DNA of 64,000 nucleotides, from assembly GCF_963921235.1 (NCBI RefSeq), contig NC_086097.1, positions 28,584,001 through 28,648,000 of the forward strand, read 5' to 3'. Positions 1 through 13,391 of the stretch are shown piece by piece. The notes under the pieces were generated by a model. It was not told the DNA's origin. It saw only the letters and a list, made by a program, of their open reading frames with translations, and did not search any database. The DNA comes from Mobula hypostoma. Taxonomy: Eukaryota. Numbering within the stretch: position 1 is the first letter of the stretch; the number at the start of each line of letters is the position of its first letter. Made by a program: the position numbers and the translations under genes.

Positions 1-604
1 TCTCTACCAGTAAATGTTCCCCGTGCCACTGGCTGCAACACAAGCCCAAAGCATGATCGATCCACCCCAGTGCTTAACAGTTGGAGAGGGGTTCTTTTCA
101 TGAAATTCTGCACCCTTTTTTCTCCAAACATACCTTTGCTCATTGCGGCCAAAAAGTTCTATTCAAAAGGTTCAAAGGAACATCTAAACAAGCCTGATGC
201 ATTTTGGAAACAAGTCCTGTGGACTGATGAAGTTAAAATAGAACTTTTTGGCCGCAGAACTAGAAGCCTTTTGCAAAGAAGAATAGGCGAAAATCCCCCA
301 AACAAGAATTAAAAGACTCTTAGCTGGCTACAAAAAGCACTCACAAGCTGTGATACTTGCCAAAGGGGGAATTACTAAGTACTGCCATGCAGGGTGCCCA
401 AACTTTGCTTTGGGTCCTTTTCCTTTTTTGTTATTTTGAAACTGTAGAAGATGGAAATAAAAAAGTTTTCTTACTTAAAATATTAAAGAAATGTGTCATC
501 TTTAACTTTATGCCTTTTGGAAATCAGTTCATTTTTTACACACTTAGCTATTCACAGTAACAGAAATTTTGACCGGGGTGCCCAAACTTTTGCATGCCAC
601 TGTA
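1..604. mobile_element. Rearranged non-autonomous Tc1-like DNA transposon (right end)
   Basis: Plus strand gives KEHLNKPDAFWKQVLWTDEVKIELFG (Tc1 WTDE motif). Minus strand 1-163 gives FGRNEQRYVWRKKG..PTVKH/GGSIMLWACVAASGTG. Terminal ...gggtgcccaaacttttgcatgccactg+TA near 576-604, with an internal repeat of gggtgcccaaacttt near 392. Confidence 0.8.
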
Positions 605-1476
605 TGCACGTTCTTTGACAATAAATTTACTTTGAACTTTGAACAACACACTTTCGTCTTGGACTGGAGATAATTTCTGTTACACTGTGGGCAACAGGGA
701 ATAAGCAGGTGCACATTATTCACTCTTCATAATAATGGCTTTAACCGGTGGAACGAGTCTTTCAGTAATTTAGACATGTGCAATTGAGGTGAGATTGGAA
801 ATCTATCACCTTTCATTTACGATCCTAAAATTACCAGTAATGCTGCCTTTTCAATTCCTTTTCAGCTGAGTCAACAGAAGAAGTTCTGCTTCTTCTATGG
901 CACCTCTGCAGTTCCTAACCAATGAGAATGAGGCTTCAGAAATACCTGTAACCCAACACCGTATCTAGTTAACCACCGCTCAACCTCTGATTCAATGTCA
1001 TAATAATCAAGGAGTCGGTTTTCACACTGCTCAGACTGGAACAGCCTCCTGGTGCTGAGCTGCTGAGACTGAAGAAGCCGTTTCTGAGTTTCAGATTTTG
1101 TCTTTACATAGTGCCTTTCACTGTAGCACAGCTGGTTTTACAGCCATCTGCATCCTTCTGAAATGCGGCCAGCGTGGGAAACATGACAGATAATTTCCGC
1201 ACAGAAACGTCACTTGTGCGTAACCAAACTTTCTATTTCAGAGATGTTGGTTGGCTGAACGCAAAGGACAAGAAAGGAAAACTCCCCTGCTCTTCGGAGA
1301 ATATTAAGAAGAACCTGAGGGAGAAGCCACAGTCTAAGATGGGCTGAATGGCCTGTTTCTATGTCGCAGTGCTCTATGACTCTATTGCATTGGTAACAAC
1401 TGCATGGGAGGTCAGTTTGGGGTGGGGGGTGGGGAAGGTGGCGGTTCACTTTAACTTTTAAAATGAACAACCCAAC

Positions 1477-2321
1477 CTACAGCAGTAAGTTTGCAGATGA
1501 TACAAAGAAAGGTTGGTGATGTTTTGGATAGTGTAGAAAGTTGTCTGCTACAGCGGGACATTGATAGGAAGCGAGAGTTGGGCTGAGAAGTGATGAAGTT
1601 CAATCCAGAAAAGTGTGAAATGAGTCACTTTGAAAGGGCCAACTTGAAGGCAGGGTACAAGGTTAATGCAGAATTCTTAGCAATGTGGAAGAACTGAGGG
1701 CCCTTGGGGGTCATATCCATAGATCCCTCAAAGTTGTCTCACAAGTTGACAAGGTGGTTAAGAAGCCTTATAGTGTAAACAACAGGAATTCTGCAGATGC
1801 TGGAAGTTCAAGCAACACACATCAAAGTTGCTGGTGAACGCAGCAGGCCAGGCAGCATCTCTAGGAAGAGGTAGTCTGTTGGCCTTATAGTGTGTTGGCC
1901 TTCATTAGTCAGGAGATTCAATTCAAGAGCTGTAATGTGACTTTGCAACTCTATAAAACTCTGGTTAGACCATGCTTGGAGTAAGGTGTTCATTTTGAAT
2001 TGACTCATTATAGGAAGGATGTGTAAGTTTTAGAGAGGATGCAAAGGAGTTTTACTAGAATACTTTCCGGATTAAAGAGCATGCCTGAACAGGAAAGGTT
2101 GAGTGATCTCAGGATTTCCTCTTTGGTGCAAATGACGATGACGGGTGTGTAAGATGTTATGAGGCAGAGAGACAGCCAGTATGAGGACAGCCAGTGTCTT
2201 TTTCCCAGGGCAGAAATAGCTAACACAAGAGCATATAATTTTAAGGTGACTGGAGGAAAGTATGGGGGTGATGTCAGCGTAAGTCTTTTATATACAGCGT
2301 GTGGAAAGCTCTGCCTGGGAT
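1477..2321 (+). mobile_element. Old degenerate CR1 LINE fragment (RT C-terminal region), resuming at ~5558-5730 after the younger CR1 insertion
   Basis: Contains a KFADDTK-like sequence (aagtttgcagatgatacaaag) and typical CR1 3' sequence. Interrupted at ~2321 and continued after 5557. Confidence 0.7.
1777..1881 (-). mobile_element. Short Penelope-like terminal fragment with 12-bp target-site duplication
   Basis: gccttatagtgt at 1765-1776 and 1882-1893. The insert is nearly identical to 32270-32365. Confidence 0.7.
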
Positions 2322-5300
2322 CAGACAGATAAATGCGTGGCTGAGAGACTGGTGCAGGGGACAGGGCTTCAGATTCCTGGATCATTGGGATCTCTTCTGG
2401 GGGAAGTATGACCTGTTCAAAATGGACGGGTTACACCTGAACCCGAAGGGGACCAATATCCTGGCGGGAAGGTTTAAACTGTTAGGGAGGGCTTAAACTA
2501 ATTTGGCAGGGGGATGGGAACCGGAATGATAGAGCAGAGGAAGAGGAAAACAGAAATAAATCTAAGATAGTGAGCAGTAAGGATATCAGGAAGGACAGGC
2601 AGGTGATAGGGCAAATTTGCAGCCATTGGGATGAGTTGCAGTGCAATCAATGCAAAAAGTACCAAATACTGTTCTTAAGGTTTTATACTTAAATGCACGC
2701 AGCATAAGGAATAAGGTGGATGATCTTGTCGTACAGCTACAGATTGGCAGGTATGATGTTGTGGCCATCACTGAGACGTGGCTAAAGGATGCATGTCTCT
2801 GGGAGCTGAACGTCCAAGGATGGTGTGTTGGAAAGATAGGCAGGTAAACAGAGGGGGTAGCGTAGCTTTATTGGTAAGAAATGATATTAAATCATTAGAA
2901 AGAGGTGATATAGGATCGGAAGGTGCAGAATCTTTATGGGTTGAGCTAAGAAATCGCAGGGGTAAAAGGACCCTGATGGCAGTTATATACATGCCTCCAA
3001 ATAGCTGCAGTGATGTGGACTACAAATTACAACAGGAAATAGAAAAGGCTTGTCAGAAGGGCAGTGTTATGACAATTGTGGGGGATTTTAATATGCGAGT
3101 GGATTGGGAAAATCAGGTCGGCACTGGATCTCAAGAGAGAGAATATGTAGAATGTCTGTGAGATGGCTTTTTAGAACAGCTTGTTGTTGAGCCCACTGGG
3201 AATCGGCTGTACTGGATTGGGTATTGTGTAATGAACCAGAGGTGATTAGAGAGATTGAGGTGAAGGAACCCTTAGGAGGCAGTGATCATAACATGATTGA
3301 GTCCATCATGAAATTTGAAAAAGAGAAGCCGAAATCCGATGTGTCGGTATTTCAGTGGAGTAAAGGAAATTACAGTGGCATGAGAGAGGAACTGGCCAAA
3401 GTTGACTGGAAAGGGACACTGGCGGGAAGGACGGCAGAGCAGTAGTGGCTGGAATTTATGCGAGAAGTGAGGAAGGTGCAAGACAGATATATTCCAAAAA
3501 AGAAGAAATTTTCAAATGGGAAAAGGATGCAACCGGGGCTGACAAGAAAAGTCAAAGCCAAAGCTAAAGCAAAGGAGAGGGCATACAAGGAAGCAAAAAT
3601 TAGTGGGAAGACAGAGGATTGGGAAGTTTTTAAAAGCTTACAAAAGGAAAATAACAAGGTTATTAAGAGGGAAAAGATGAACTATGAAAGGAAGCTAGCA
3701 AATAATATCGAAGAGGATACTAAAAGCTTTTTCAAGTATATAAAGAGTAAAAGGCAGGTGAGAGTAGATATAGGACCGATAGAAAATGATGCTGGAGAAA
3801 TTGTAATGGGAGATAAGGAGATGACGGAGGAACTGAACGAGTATTTTGCATCAGTCGTCACTGAGGAAGACATCAGCAGTATACCGGACACTCAAGGGTG
3901 GCAGGGAAGAGAAGTGTGCGCAGTCACAATTACGACAGAGGAAGTACTCAGGAAGCTGAATAGTCTAAAGGTAGATAAATCTCCCGGACCAGATGGAATG
4001 CATCCTCGTGTTCTGAAGGAAGCAGCTGTGGAGATTGCGGAGGCGTTAGCAATGATCTTTCTAAAGTCGATAGATTCTGGCATGGTTCCGGAGGACTGGA
4101 AGATTGCAAACGTCACTCCGCTATTTAAGAAGGGGGCAAGGAAGCAAAAAGGAAATTATAGACCTGTTAGCTTGACATCGGTAGTTGGGAAGTTGTTGGA
4201 GTCGACTGTCAAGGATAAGGTTACAGAGTACCTGGAGGCATATGACAAGATAGGCAGAAGTCAGCATGGTTTCCTTAAAGGAAAATCCTGCCTGACAAAC
4301 CTATTACAATTTTTTGAGGAAATTACCAGTAGGCTAGACAAGGGGGATGCAGTGGATGTTGTATATTTGGATTTTCAGAAGGCCTTTGACAAGGTGCCAC
4401 ACATGAGGCTGCTTAACAAGATAAGAGCCCATGGAATTACGGGTAAGTTACATATGTGGATAGGGCATTGGCTGATTAGCAGGAAACAGAGAGTGGGAAT
4501 AAAGGGATCCTATTCTGGTTGGCTGGCGGTTACCAGTGGTGTTCCACAGGGGTCAGTGTTGGGGCCGCTTCTTTTTACATTGTATATCAACGATTTGGAT
4601 TATGGAATAGATGGCTTTGTGGCTAAGTTTGCTGACGATAGAGATAGGTGGAGGGGCCGGTAGTGCTGAGGAAACAGAGGGTCTGCAGAGAGACTTGGAT
4701 AGATTGGAAGAATGGGCAAAGAAGTGGCAAATGAAATACAATGTTGGACAGTGTATGGTTATGCACTTTGGCAGAAGAAATAAACCAGCAGACTATTATT
4801 TAAATGGGGAAAGAATTCAAAGTTCTGAGATGCAATGGGACTTGGGAGTCCTCGTACAGGATACCCTTAAAGTTAACCTCCAGGTTGAGTCAGTAGTGAA
4901 GAAGGCGAATGCAATGTTGGCATTCATTTCTAGAGGAATAGAGTATAGGAGCAGGGATGTGATGTTGAGGCTATATAAGACGATGGTAAGACCTCACTTG
5001 GAGTACTGTGGGCAGTTTTGGGCTACTTATTTAAGAAAGGATGTGCTGACGTTGGAGAGGGTACAGAGAAGATTCACTAGAATGATTCCGGGAATGAGAG
5101 GGTTAACATATGAGAAACGTTTGTCCACTCTTGGACTGTATTCCTTGGAGTTTAGAAGAATGAGGGGAGACCTCATAGAAACATTTCGAATGTTGGAAGG
5201 CATGGACAAAGTGGATGTGGCAAAGTTGTTTCCCATGATGGGGGGGTCTAGTACAAGAGGGCATGACTTAAGGATTGAAGGGCACCCATTCAGAACAGAG

Positions 5301-5557
5301 ATGCGAAGAAATTTTTTTAGTCAGAGGGTGGTGAATCTATGGAATTTGTTGCCACGGGCGGCAATGGAGGCCAAGTCATTGGGTGTCTTTAAGGCAGAGA
5401 TTGATAGGTATCTGAGTAGCCAGTGCATCAAAGGTTATGGTGAGAAGGCGGGGGAGTGGGACTAAATGGGAGAATGGATCAGCTCATGATAAAATGGCGG
5501 AGCAGACTCGATGGGCCGAAAGGCCGACTTCTACTCCTTTGACTTATGGTCTTATGG
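2322..5557 (+). mobile_element. Young, 5'-truncated CR1 LINE: end of ORF1 (esterase-like) plus full-length ORF2 (APE endonuclease + RT) broken by a few lesions
   Basis: ORF1 tail QINAWLRDWC..DGLHLN. APE motifs YLNARS, ITETWL, GDFN, SDHN. RT motifs GNYRPVSLTS, YLDFQKAFDKV, GVPQGSVLGP, FADD. C-terminus RRNFFSQRVVNLWN. Tail ttatggtcttatgg. Frameshifts at ~2820, ~3200 and ~4640; stops at 3159 and 3443. Confidence 0.95.
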
Positions 5558-6020
5558 ATGGTGACAGGGACAGATACATTTGGGACTTCTAAGAGAATTT
5601 TAGACAGGCACGTGGATGAAAGAAAAATGGAGGACTAAGTGGAAGGGGAGGGTTAGATTGATCTTGGAGTGGGTTAAAAGGTCAGCAAAGTATCATGGGC
5701 TGAAGGGCCTGTACTGTTCTATGGTCTATGGACGAACTAGCTTTCCATTACAAAGTTGTCTAAAGAGCTGAATATCGATCTCCCAACTCTCACTGAAGGA
5801 TCTGAACTCATATCTTATGATTCCAAGGACTGCTACTCAAGTAACAGAACAACCATGAAAGTCAGCTGCAGACACAAGCTGGAAACTCTCCAGACCTGAT
5901 GAGGGGCTTAGCCCAAAACATCGACTGTTTTTTCCCCTCCATGGATGCTGCCTGACGTGCTGGGTTCCTCCAGCATTTTTTGTGTGTTCTATGAGAATGA
6001 CACGCCAGTGGGATACTAAC

Positions 6021-6208
6021 AATTCCTGTCTGATCCTCCTGAGCTTTGCCTTGGTGTCCACCAGGTCGACTGCTAGATGCTGCCTCTCCCCCTTGTCCAG
6101 CGTCTCGCTGGGACTCGACGTATGTTCAGAAATCGAGCTATTCAAAGGGCTTGGAAGCAGCTGCTGTGACTGCAAGTAGTCACGGTCCTGGGTGAGCTCC
6201 ACGATTAT
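6021..6208 (-). CDS. CCDC88C: CCDC88C coding exon, equivalent to exon 8 (188 nt)
   Basis: ttggcag|ATA...GAATT|gttagt. Translates IIVELTQDRDYLQSQQLLPSPLNSSISEHTSSPSETLDKGERQHLAVDLVDTKAKLRRIRQEL, ending in phase 2. No further exon was recognised between 1 and 6020. Confidence 0.9.
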
Positions 6209-7237
6209 CTGCCAAAAGAGAAAGAAATTAACCATGTGGACTTCAGTGCTGATGCTTTGTTTGGTCAGGTGAAAGTCCAAAGGCCTTTCAGAGGCACATG
6301 TCCAGATCAGTAAATATGGAAAGGGCAGGAAAATAAAAGACAATGGAACGTAATTCTTGAGACTGAAGCAAAAGGCATTTTATAGATCTGGTTTAAAAAG
6401 CATGCACAATCAGAACTGGGTTTGTTATTGTTGGCATACATTATGTTGAGAAATTTGTTATCAGGAGCAGTACAGAACAATACAAAAATAGATGTCACAA
6501 TAAAAATACATACATGAAAAATAAATTAATGCAAAAAGAGACCAAAAATAGTAAGGATAGTGTTCATGGACCATTCAGAAATCTGATGGCAGAGAGAAAG
6601 AAGCTGTTTTTTGTTGAGTGTGTCTTCTCTCTGATGGTAGTAATGACAAGAGGGCATATCCTGGATAAGGATCCTTCATGATCGATGCCACCTTCTTGAG
6701 GCATTACCTATTGAAGATGCTCTTGATACTGGGGACTAGTGCCCAATGATGGGGCTGGCTGAACTTGCAGTTTCATGTAGCTTCTCCGATCCCATGCATT
6801 GGCCCTTCCATACCAGTCAGTGATACAACCAGTTAGAATACTCTCCACAGTACATTTGTTATTTGGTGACATACCAAATCTCCTCAAGCTCCTTATGAAA
6901 TACAGGCACTGGCTGTGTAATTGCATCAATATGATTTTATTTTATTTTATTGAGATACCGCGTGGAATAGGCCCTTCTGGCCCTCTGAGCCACGCCGCCC
7001 GGCAATTCCCCGATTTAACATTGGGCCCATGACAGGTCGGCAGAGATGTGGACATCCAGGAACTTTCAGCTGCTCACCCCTTCCACTACAGATCCTTTGA
7101 TGAGGACTGAACTGTGTTCCCTCATCTTCCGCTTCCTGAAGCCCACAATTAATTATTTGGTTTTACGAACGTTGAGTGCAAGGTTGTTGCTTAATGATTT
7201 AATTTAAATGAAATAAATAAAATGCAGCGTTTTATAG

Positions 7238-7707
7238 ATTCATAGAAAATAGGTGCAGGAGTAGGCCATTCGGCCCTTCGAGCCTGCACCGCCATTCAGC
7301 ATGATCATGGCTGATCATCCAACTCAGAACCCTGTACCAGCCTTCCCTCCATACCCCCTGATCCCTTTAGCCACAAGGGCCATATCTAACTTCCTCTTAA
7401 ATATAGCCAATGAACTGGCCTCAACTGTTTCCTGTGGCAGAGAATTCCACAGGTTCACCACTCTCTGTGTGAAGAAGTTTTTCCTCATCTTGGTCCTAAA
7501 AGGCTTCCCCTTTATCCTCAAACTGTGACCCCTCGTTCTGGACTTCCCCAACATCAGGAACAATCTTCCTGCATCTAGCCTGTCCAATCCCTTTAGGATT
7601 TTATACGTTTCAATAAGATCCCCCCTCAATCTTCTAAATTCCAACCAGTATAAGCCTTGTTGATCCAGTCTTTCATCATATGAAAGTCCTGCCATCCCAG
7701 GAATCAG
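7238..7707 (-). mobile_element. CR1 LINE 3' fragment
   Basis: ORF 7324-7695 contains RRLRGDLIETYKIL..NFFTQRVVNLWN. Nearly identical in part to 39945-40205. Confidence 0.85.
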
Positions 7708-7765
7708 TTTTTGCAGTTAATAATCAGTAACCAGAGTGGGACACCATGTTGCAGCCGGTAGAGGT

Positions 7766-8680
7766 GGTCACCGGAGGCTGGAGACTCATGGTGTTCCACA
7801 GGGATCTGTTCTGGGATCACTGCTCTTTGTGATCTTTATATGACTTAGGTGAGGAACTAGAAGGGTGAATTATTAAGTGTGAAGATGACATGAAAGCTGG
7901 TGGTGTAGAAGGGTGTCATAGGTTACAATGGGACAGTGATAGGATGCAGAGCTTAGCTGAGAGGTGACAAATGGGGTTCAATCCAGAGGAGTGTGAAATC
8001 GTACACTTCGGAAGGTCGAACCTGAAGGAAGAGTGCAAGGTTAATGACAGGATTTTGAGCAGTGTGGATGAACAGAGGGACCTTGGGGTCCATGTTCATA
8101 GATCCCACAAAGCTGCTGTGCAAGTTGATAGGGTGGATAAGAAGGTTTATGGTGTGTTGGCCTTCATTAACCGGGCGATAGAGTTTAAGAGCCAAGAGGT
8201 AAAGTTGCAGCTCTATAAAATTCTGGTTAAAACACTTAGAATAATGTGTTCAGTTCTGATCCCTTCATTGTAGAAAGGATGTGGAAGCTTTAGAGAGAGT
8301 ACCAGGATGCTGCCTGGATTAGAGAACGTCTTACGATAAATTGAGTGACGAGGGCTTTTCTCATTGGAGCAAACAAGGAAGAGAGGTGATTTGATAGAGC
8401 TGAACAACATGATGAGATGCATCTTATACACCTCAAGCGGACAGCCAGAGACTTTTTCCCAGGGAGGAAGTAACTAATACAAGGGGACATAATTTTAAGG
8501 TGATTGGAGGACAGTATAGGGGGAATGTGCTGCCAGGATGGTGGTACGTGCAGATACATTAGGGACATCTAAGAGACTCTTAGATAAGCACATGGATGTA
8601 AGAAAAATGGAAGCATATGATCTTAGAGTAGGTTAAAGCTTCATCAAAACCGAAGGGCCTGAACTGCACTGTACTGTTCA
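7766..8680 (+). mobile_element. Degenerate CR1 LINE (RT to 3' end)
   Basis: GVPQGSVLG-like gtgttccacagggatctgttctggga, then MGFNPEECEIVHFG..EQRDLGVHVH and the CR1 3' tail. Confidence 0.75.
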
Positions 8681-11651
8681 ATATTCGTAAGCATACTCAT
8701 TGAAGTGAATGTGGTCAGGAGCAATGTACAGAAAGAAAGATTTGCACGTCTATAGCACCTTCTCTGACCTCAGAGCATGTCACAGCACTCTCAAGCCAAT
8801 ATAGTGCAGCCACTGATGGTGGCTCAGCAGGAACCACCACACGGCCAGTCACAAACTCCCTGTTCTTTAAAAGCTTCGTGAATCATTAACTCATCTCTCC
8901 CTTCACAGATGGCTGACTTCTCTCAGGGCTGCGATGGAGCAGAAATAACTTGCTGAGTTATAAAGCACAGTGTTGTTTATAGAAACTGTGAGTGGTTTAG
9001 TGGGTGAATACTGCAGACTGAGAGGCAATGTAAGAAGATTGTTGCAGAACAACTCCCTAACAGGTTCCCCCTTTCAACCCTTCTCTTCTATCACCCAGCC
9101 ATCACACCCCTCTTGTGACCCTTCTCCTTCCCATTCTCCCAGGGTCCAAACTCCATTTCTATCAGATCCCTTCTTCTTCGGCCCTTTATCTTTTCCACCT
9201 TTCACCTGCCAGCTTCCCACTGAACCTACCCACCTTTCCACTCCCCTGGTTTCACCTCTCACACACCAGCTTCTACACCTTCCCCTCCCCCACCACTACC
9301 TTCTTATTCTGGCTTCTGCCCCATTCCTTGCCAGTCCTGAAGGGACTTGGCCTGAAACATCGACTGATTATTCCTCCATAGATGCTGCCTGACCTGCTGA
9401 GCTCCTCTGGCATTTTGTGTGTGTTACTCTGGATCTCCAGCATCTGCAGAATCTCCTGTGTTTATAATTCGTTCTCTCTTTCTCTCCCTCCCGCCCCCAA
9501 CTCCCTCTCCTTTACTTCTGAGTTATTCTTTCCCCTCCGTTTAGCTGATAGCTTTTTAATTCCTTACCATGTATTGTTCATCTCCTTCTCCACTGTACTT
9601 GGCGCTTGCTTGCCCATTCATCTCATTTACATCGAGCACAGAATCTACTGTGCCCTATAACCGGTGATCAGGAAGGAAAAGACACAGATTGTGGTGCGTG
9701 ATGGCCACATGTCATCACCTGCTTTGTAAATGGATCTCCATTCCTGAAGCAATGGAAGGGATTGCAGAAGGTGATTTATGTACAGAGGTGATTAACTTCA
9801 TTAGAAGAAAGGGTTCTGGATGAAGTCAGGTTGGAAAATAGCTCCAAATGACAAGAAGTGCTGAGATATGACTGTAAATATTCAGGGTGGCATGGCTGTC
9901 AGAGAATTGGGTTCAATTCCCACCTTTGTCCGCAAGGAGTTTGTACATTCTCCCGTGATGACATGGGTTTCCTCCAGGTGCTCTGGTTTCCTCCAACATT
10001 TCAAAGACATATGGGTCAGTAGGTTAATTGGTCATGTGGGTGTAACTGGGTGGGAAGGTCCTGTTACTATGCATCTTTAACTCGAAGCAGCTTTGTGAAC
10101 AGTTTTGTGCCCCTTATCTAAGAAAGGATGTGCTGGCATTGGAGAGGGTCCAGAGCAGGTTTACAAGAATGATCCAAGGAATGAAAGGGTTAATGTATGA
10201 GCTGTGTTTCATGGCTATAGACCTGTACTCGCTGGAAGTCTAGAAGAATGATGGGGGATCTCATTGAAACCTATTAAATATTGAAAGGCCTAGATAGGGT
10301 GGATATAGAGAGGTTATTTCCAATAGCGGGAGATTCTAGGGCCAGAGGGCATAGACTTAGAATAGAAGGACATCCTTTTAAACAAAAGAGATGAGGAGGA
10401 ATTTCTTTAGCTGGACAGTGGTGAATCTGTGGAATTCATTGCTACAAACTTGGAGGCCAAGTCATTGAATATATTTAAAACAGAAAACGATAGGTTCTTT
10501 ATTTATAAGTGTGTCAAAGGTTACAGAGAGAAGGCAGGAGAATGGGGTTGAGAGGAATAATAAATCAGCTATGTTGGAATGGTAGAACAGACTCAATGGG
10601 CTGAGTGGCCTAATTCTGCTCCTACATATCATAGTCTTGACCAAATTTCTTAGTGCATCACTGTGGTGCAGCTTGAGACACATGTTTGAACATGACCTTG
10701 GGAATCGTCTGTGTGGCGCTTGCACATTCTATGTGGGGTCCCCGGTGCTCTAGCCTCCTCCCACATCCCAGTGGAATTGAGTTATTATTGTGACATGTGC
10801 CAAGGTTAAAGAAAAGCTTGCCTTGCATACTGTACAGATCAATTCATTAAAACTGTGCATTGATATAGTACATGGTAAATCAAAAACAGAAGGCAGAGTA
10901 AAATGCTACAGAGCAACTGCGGCACAGGTAGCCAACAACATGCAAGGCCGTAACGGGGTAGACTGAGAGTCCATTTTATCAAACTAGGGAACCATTCAAT
11001 AATCTTATCACAGTGGGGTAGAAGCCGTTCTTGAACCTGGTGGCATTTGCTCTCAGACTTCTGTATCTTCTCTCGATGAGAAAGAATGTCCGAGGTGCTG
11101 AGGGTCTTTGATTTTGCTAGCTGCTTTATCAAAGCAGCAAGAAGTGTGGTCAGATGTGTGGGTTGGTAGGTTTGCTGGCTGCTGTTGGTGTGGGGATGAG
11201 TAATGGAATCATGAGATGGATCAGCGAGAGTGTGGGATTCTAAAGACATACGGGTTAGTGAGTTGTAGGTACGCTATCTTGGCACTGGAAGCATGATGAT
11301 CCTTCCGGCTGCCCCCTAGTACATCCCTGGACTGTGTTGGTCAAGGACACAAAGGATTTCTCTGCATGTTTCGATGTACATGCGACAAATAAAGCTAATA
11401 TTTTCAGCTATTCTTTGAGCTAATGTAGGATTGATGTAAATGGGCCGTTGAGAGTCAGCACAGATTCAGTAGGTCGAAGGGTCCATTTTTGTGCTGTGTC
11501 TCTTTATGACTTTATCACCTTTAGCAAGGTGGACATTCACTTAGTTTCTGCTTCAGAGCGATTAACTTCCTTCCGTCCTCTCCGCGTTGACCAAATGTGC
11601 TGGCAATTAAAATATTTTCCAATATTCTGATTGACGTGTGCACGTGCTCAC

Positions 11652-11792
11652 CTCTGAGTACTCATCCCGGTCGTCGAGAAGCCTCTTCAGATGAAAGACC
11701 ATTGATCGCGACAGGTTCTCCAGATCTTCTGCCGTCACTTCAGTCAGTTCCATCCACTGAAGGTCAAACACGTTCTCCTGGTTATGGGTGAT
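11652..11792 (-). CDS. CCDC88C: CCDC88C coding exon, equivalent to exon 7 (141 nt)
   Basis: ttgcag|ATC...GAG|gtgagc. Translates [47 protein letters not shown]. Confidence 0.93.
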
Positions 11793-13001
11793 CTGCAAGA
11801 TCGTAGTTTAAAATAAACCAAGTTACAAAACAGGAATATGAATCCAAGTTAATCAGAGTTATTATCATAGAGTCACAGAACACTACTGAACAGAAAATAA
11901 GACCCTTCGGGCCATTTCACCTTTCACCCTTAATCCATGACCTCTAGCTCTAGTCACACACAACTTCAGTGGAAAAAGCCTGCTTGCATTTACTTTATCT
12001 ATACCCTTCATAATGTTGTATACTTCTATCAAGTCTCCCCTCATCCTCCAAAGAATTTTGGCATGCTGACTGGCCTTAAGTCAGAGCAGTAAGTGTAAAA
12101 TTTGGGAAGTTATGACTGAGTTGTACAGAACACTGGTGAGGTTGCATTTGGAGTACTGTGTACAGTTTTGGTCACCTTGCTGCAGGCAAAGAGTGTAGAA
12201 TAGGATTTACAAGGGTGCTGTCGGGATTCAAGCAACTGAGGTACAGGGAGAAGTTGGACAGACAAGGACTTTATTCATTGGAGTCAAGGAGTCTGAGAGG
12301 TGTATAAAATCACAGGGGTGAATGCACCCAGTCTTTTTTCCGGGTTTAAGAAGATTTGCATTGCACCTGTCCATACATATACTTGTGCATGTGACAATAA
12401 ACTTTGATTTGGAAATCCACAGCCTAAACAAATAAAGGTGCAAGGGGGATCAGAGAGGTTAATGTAAAAGGTTACTGAGTAACACTAAGGGAGGAATTAT
12501 CCAATATTACCTTAATCACAAGGATTACCAAATACAATGGTTCTGATTTGGGCTTTGTATCACCTCATCTCTGGTCAATTGTAGATTTCATTAATTAATT
12601 TATTTAAAGATACAGCACGGAACAGGCCATTGTGGTCCAACAAGCCACACCACCCAGCGACACACTGATTTAACCCTTGCCTAATCACAGGACAATTTAA
12701 CTGACTTATTAACCCGTGCATCTTTGTTCTGTGGGAGGAAACTGGAGCACCCAGGAGAAAGCACGCGCACTCAGGTGAAGGACATACAAACTTTTTGCAG
12801 ACGGCATAGGAATTGAATTCTGAACTCCAAATGATAGTATCACGCTAACTGCCACTCTACCGTGGCACTCCCATGAGTAACGTGTTGTCAGGAAATTAAT
12901 TTGCAATCAGAACCACACACATTTCATCGACAACTGCATATACTGTATAATTCATCAGAGTACCATCTTACTGACAGCAGAGAGCTCTCATCAAGACTCA
13001 C

Positions 13002-13085
13002 CTCTTGTATGTGAGCAACAATGGCTGTCTGAGTTGTAATGTCCAACTGTTTGATCCGTTCAATGAATTCTTCCTTTCGTTCACA
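13002..13085 (-). CDS. CCDC88C: CCDC88C coding exon, equivalent to exon 6 (84 nt)
   Basis: aatcaag|TGT...GAG|gtgagt. Translates [28 protein letters not shown] (Hook domain end). Confidence 0.93.
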
Positions 13086-13391
13086 CTTGATTAGGTGGGG
13101 AAAAGAATAATTTGTTAAAATCGTTGTAATTCCTGTTCGAATCCTGCCCACTCTCTCCTCCCCCCTCCCAGTGGGCAGAAAAACCTGAAAGCACATACCA
13201 CCAGATTCAAGGACAGATCCAACCCCATTGTTACAAGTCTATTGAACTTAACACTTCAATCCTTGTAAAAATTTCTGACTATCCCCACCTCATAATTCTA
13301 CAAACTTCTTTCAGGACTCTCCTCAGTCTCCGACACTCCAGAGAAAACAACACAAGTTTGTCCAACCTCACCTTGTACTCATGCCCTCTAA

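Noticed and set aside
3458..5465. Functional reverse transcriptase gene (401-aa and 284-aa ORFs)
   Set aside because: These are pieces of one CR1 ORF2 with a frameshift right after FADD and upstream stops. The element is 5'-truncated and not autonomous.
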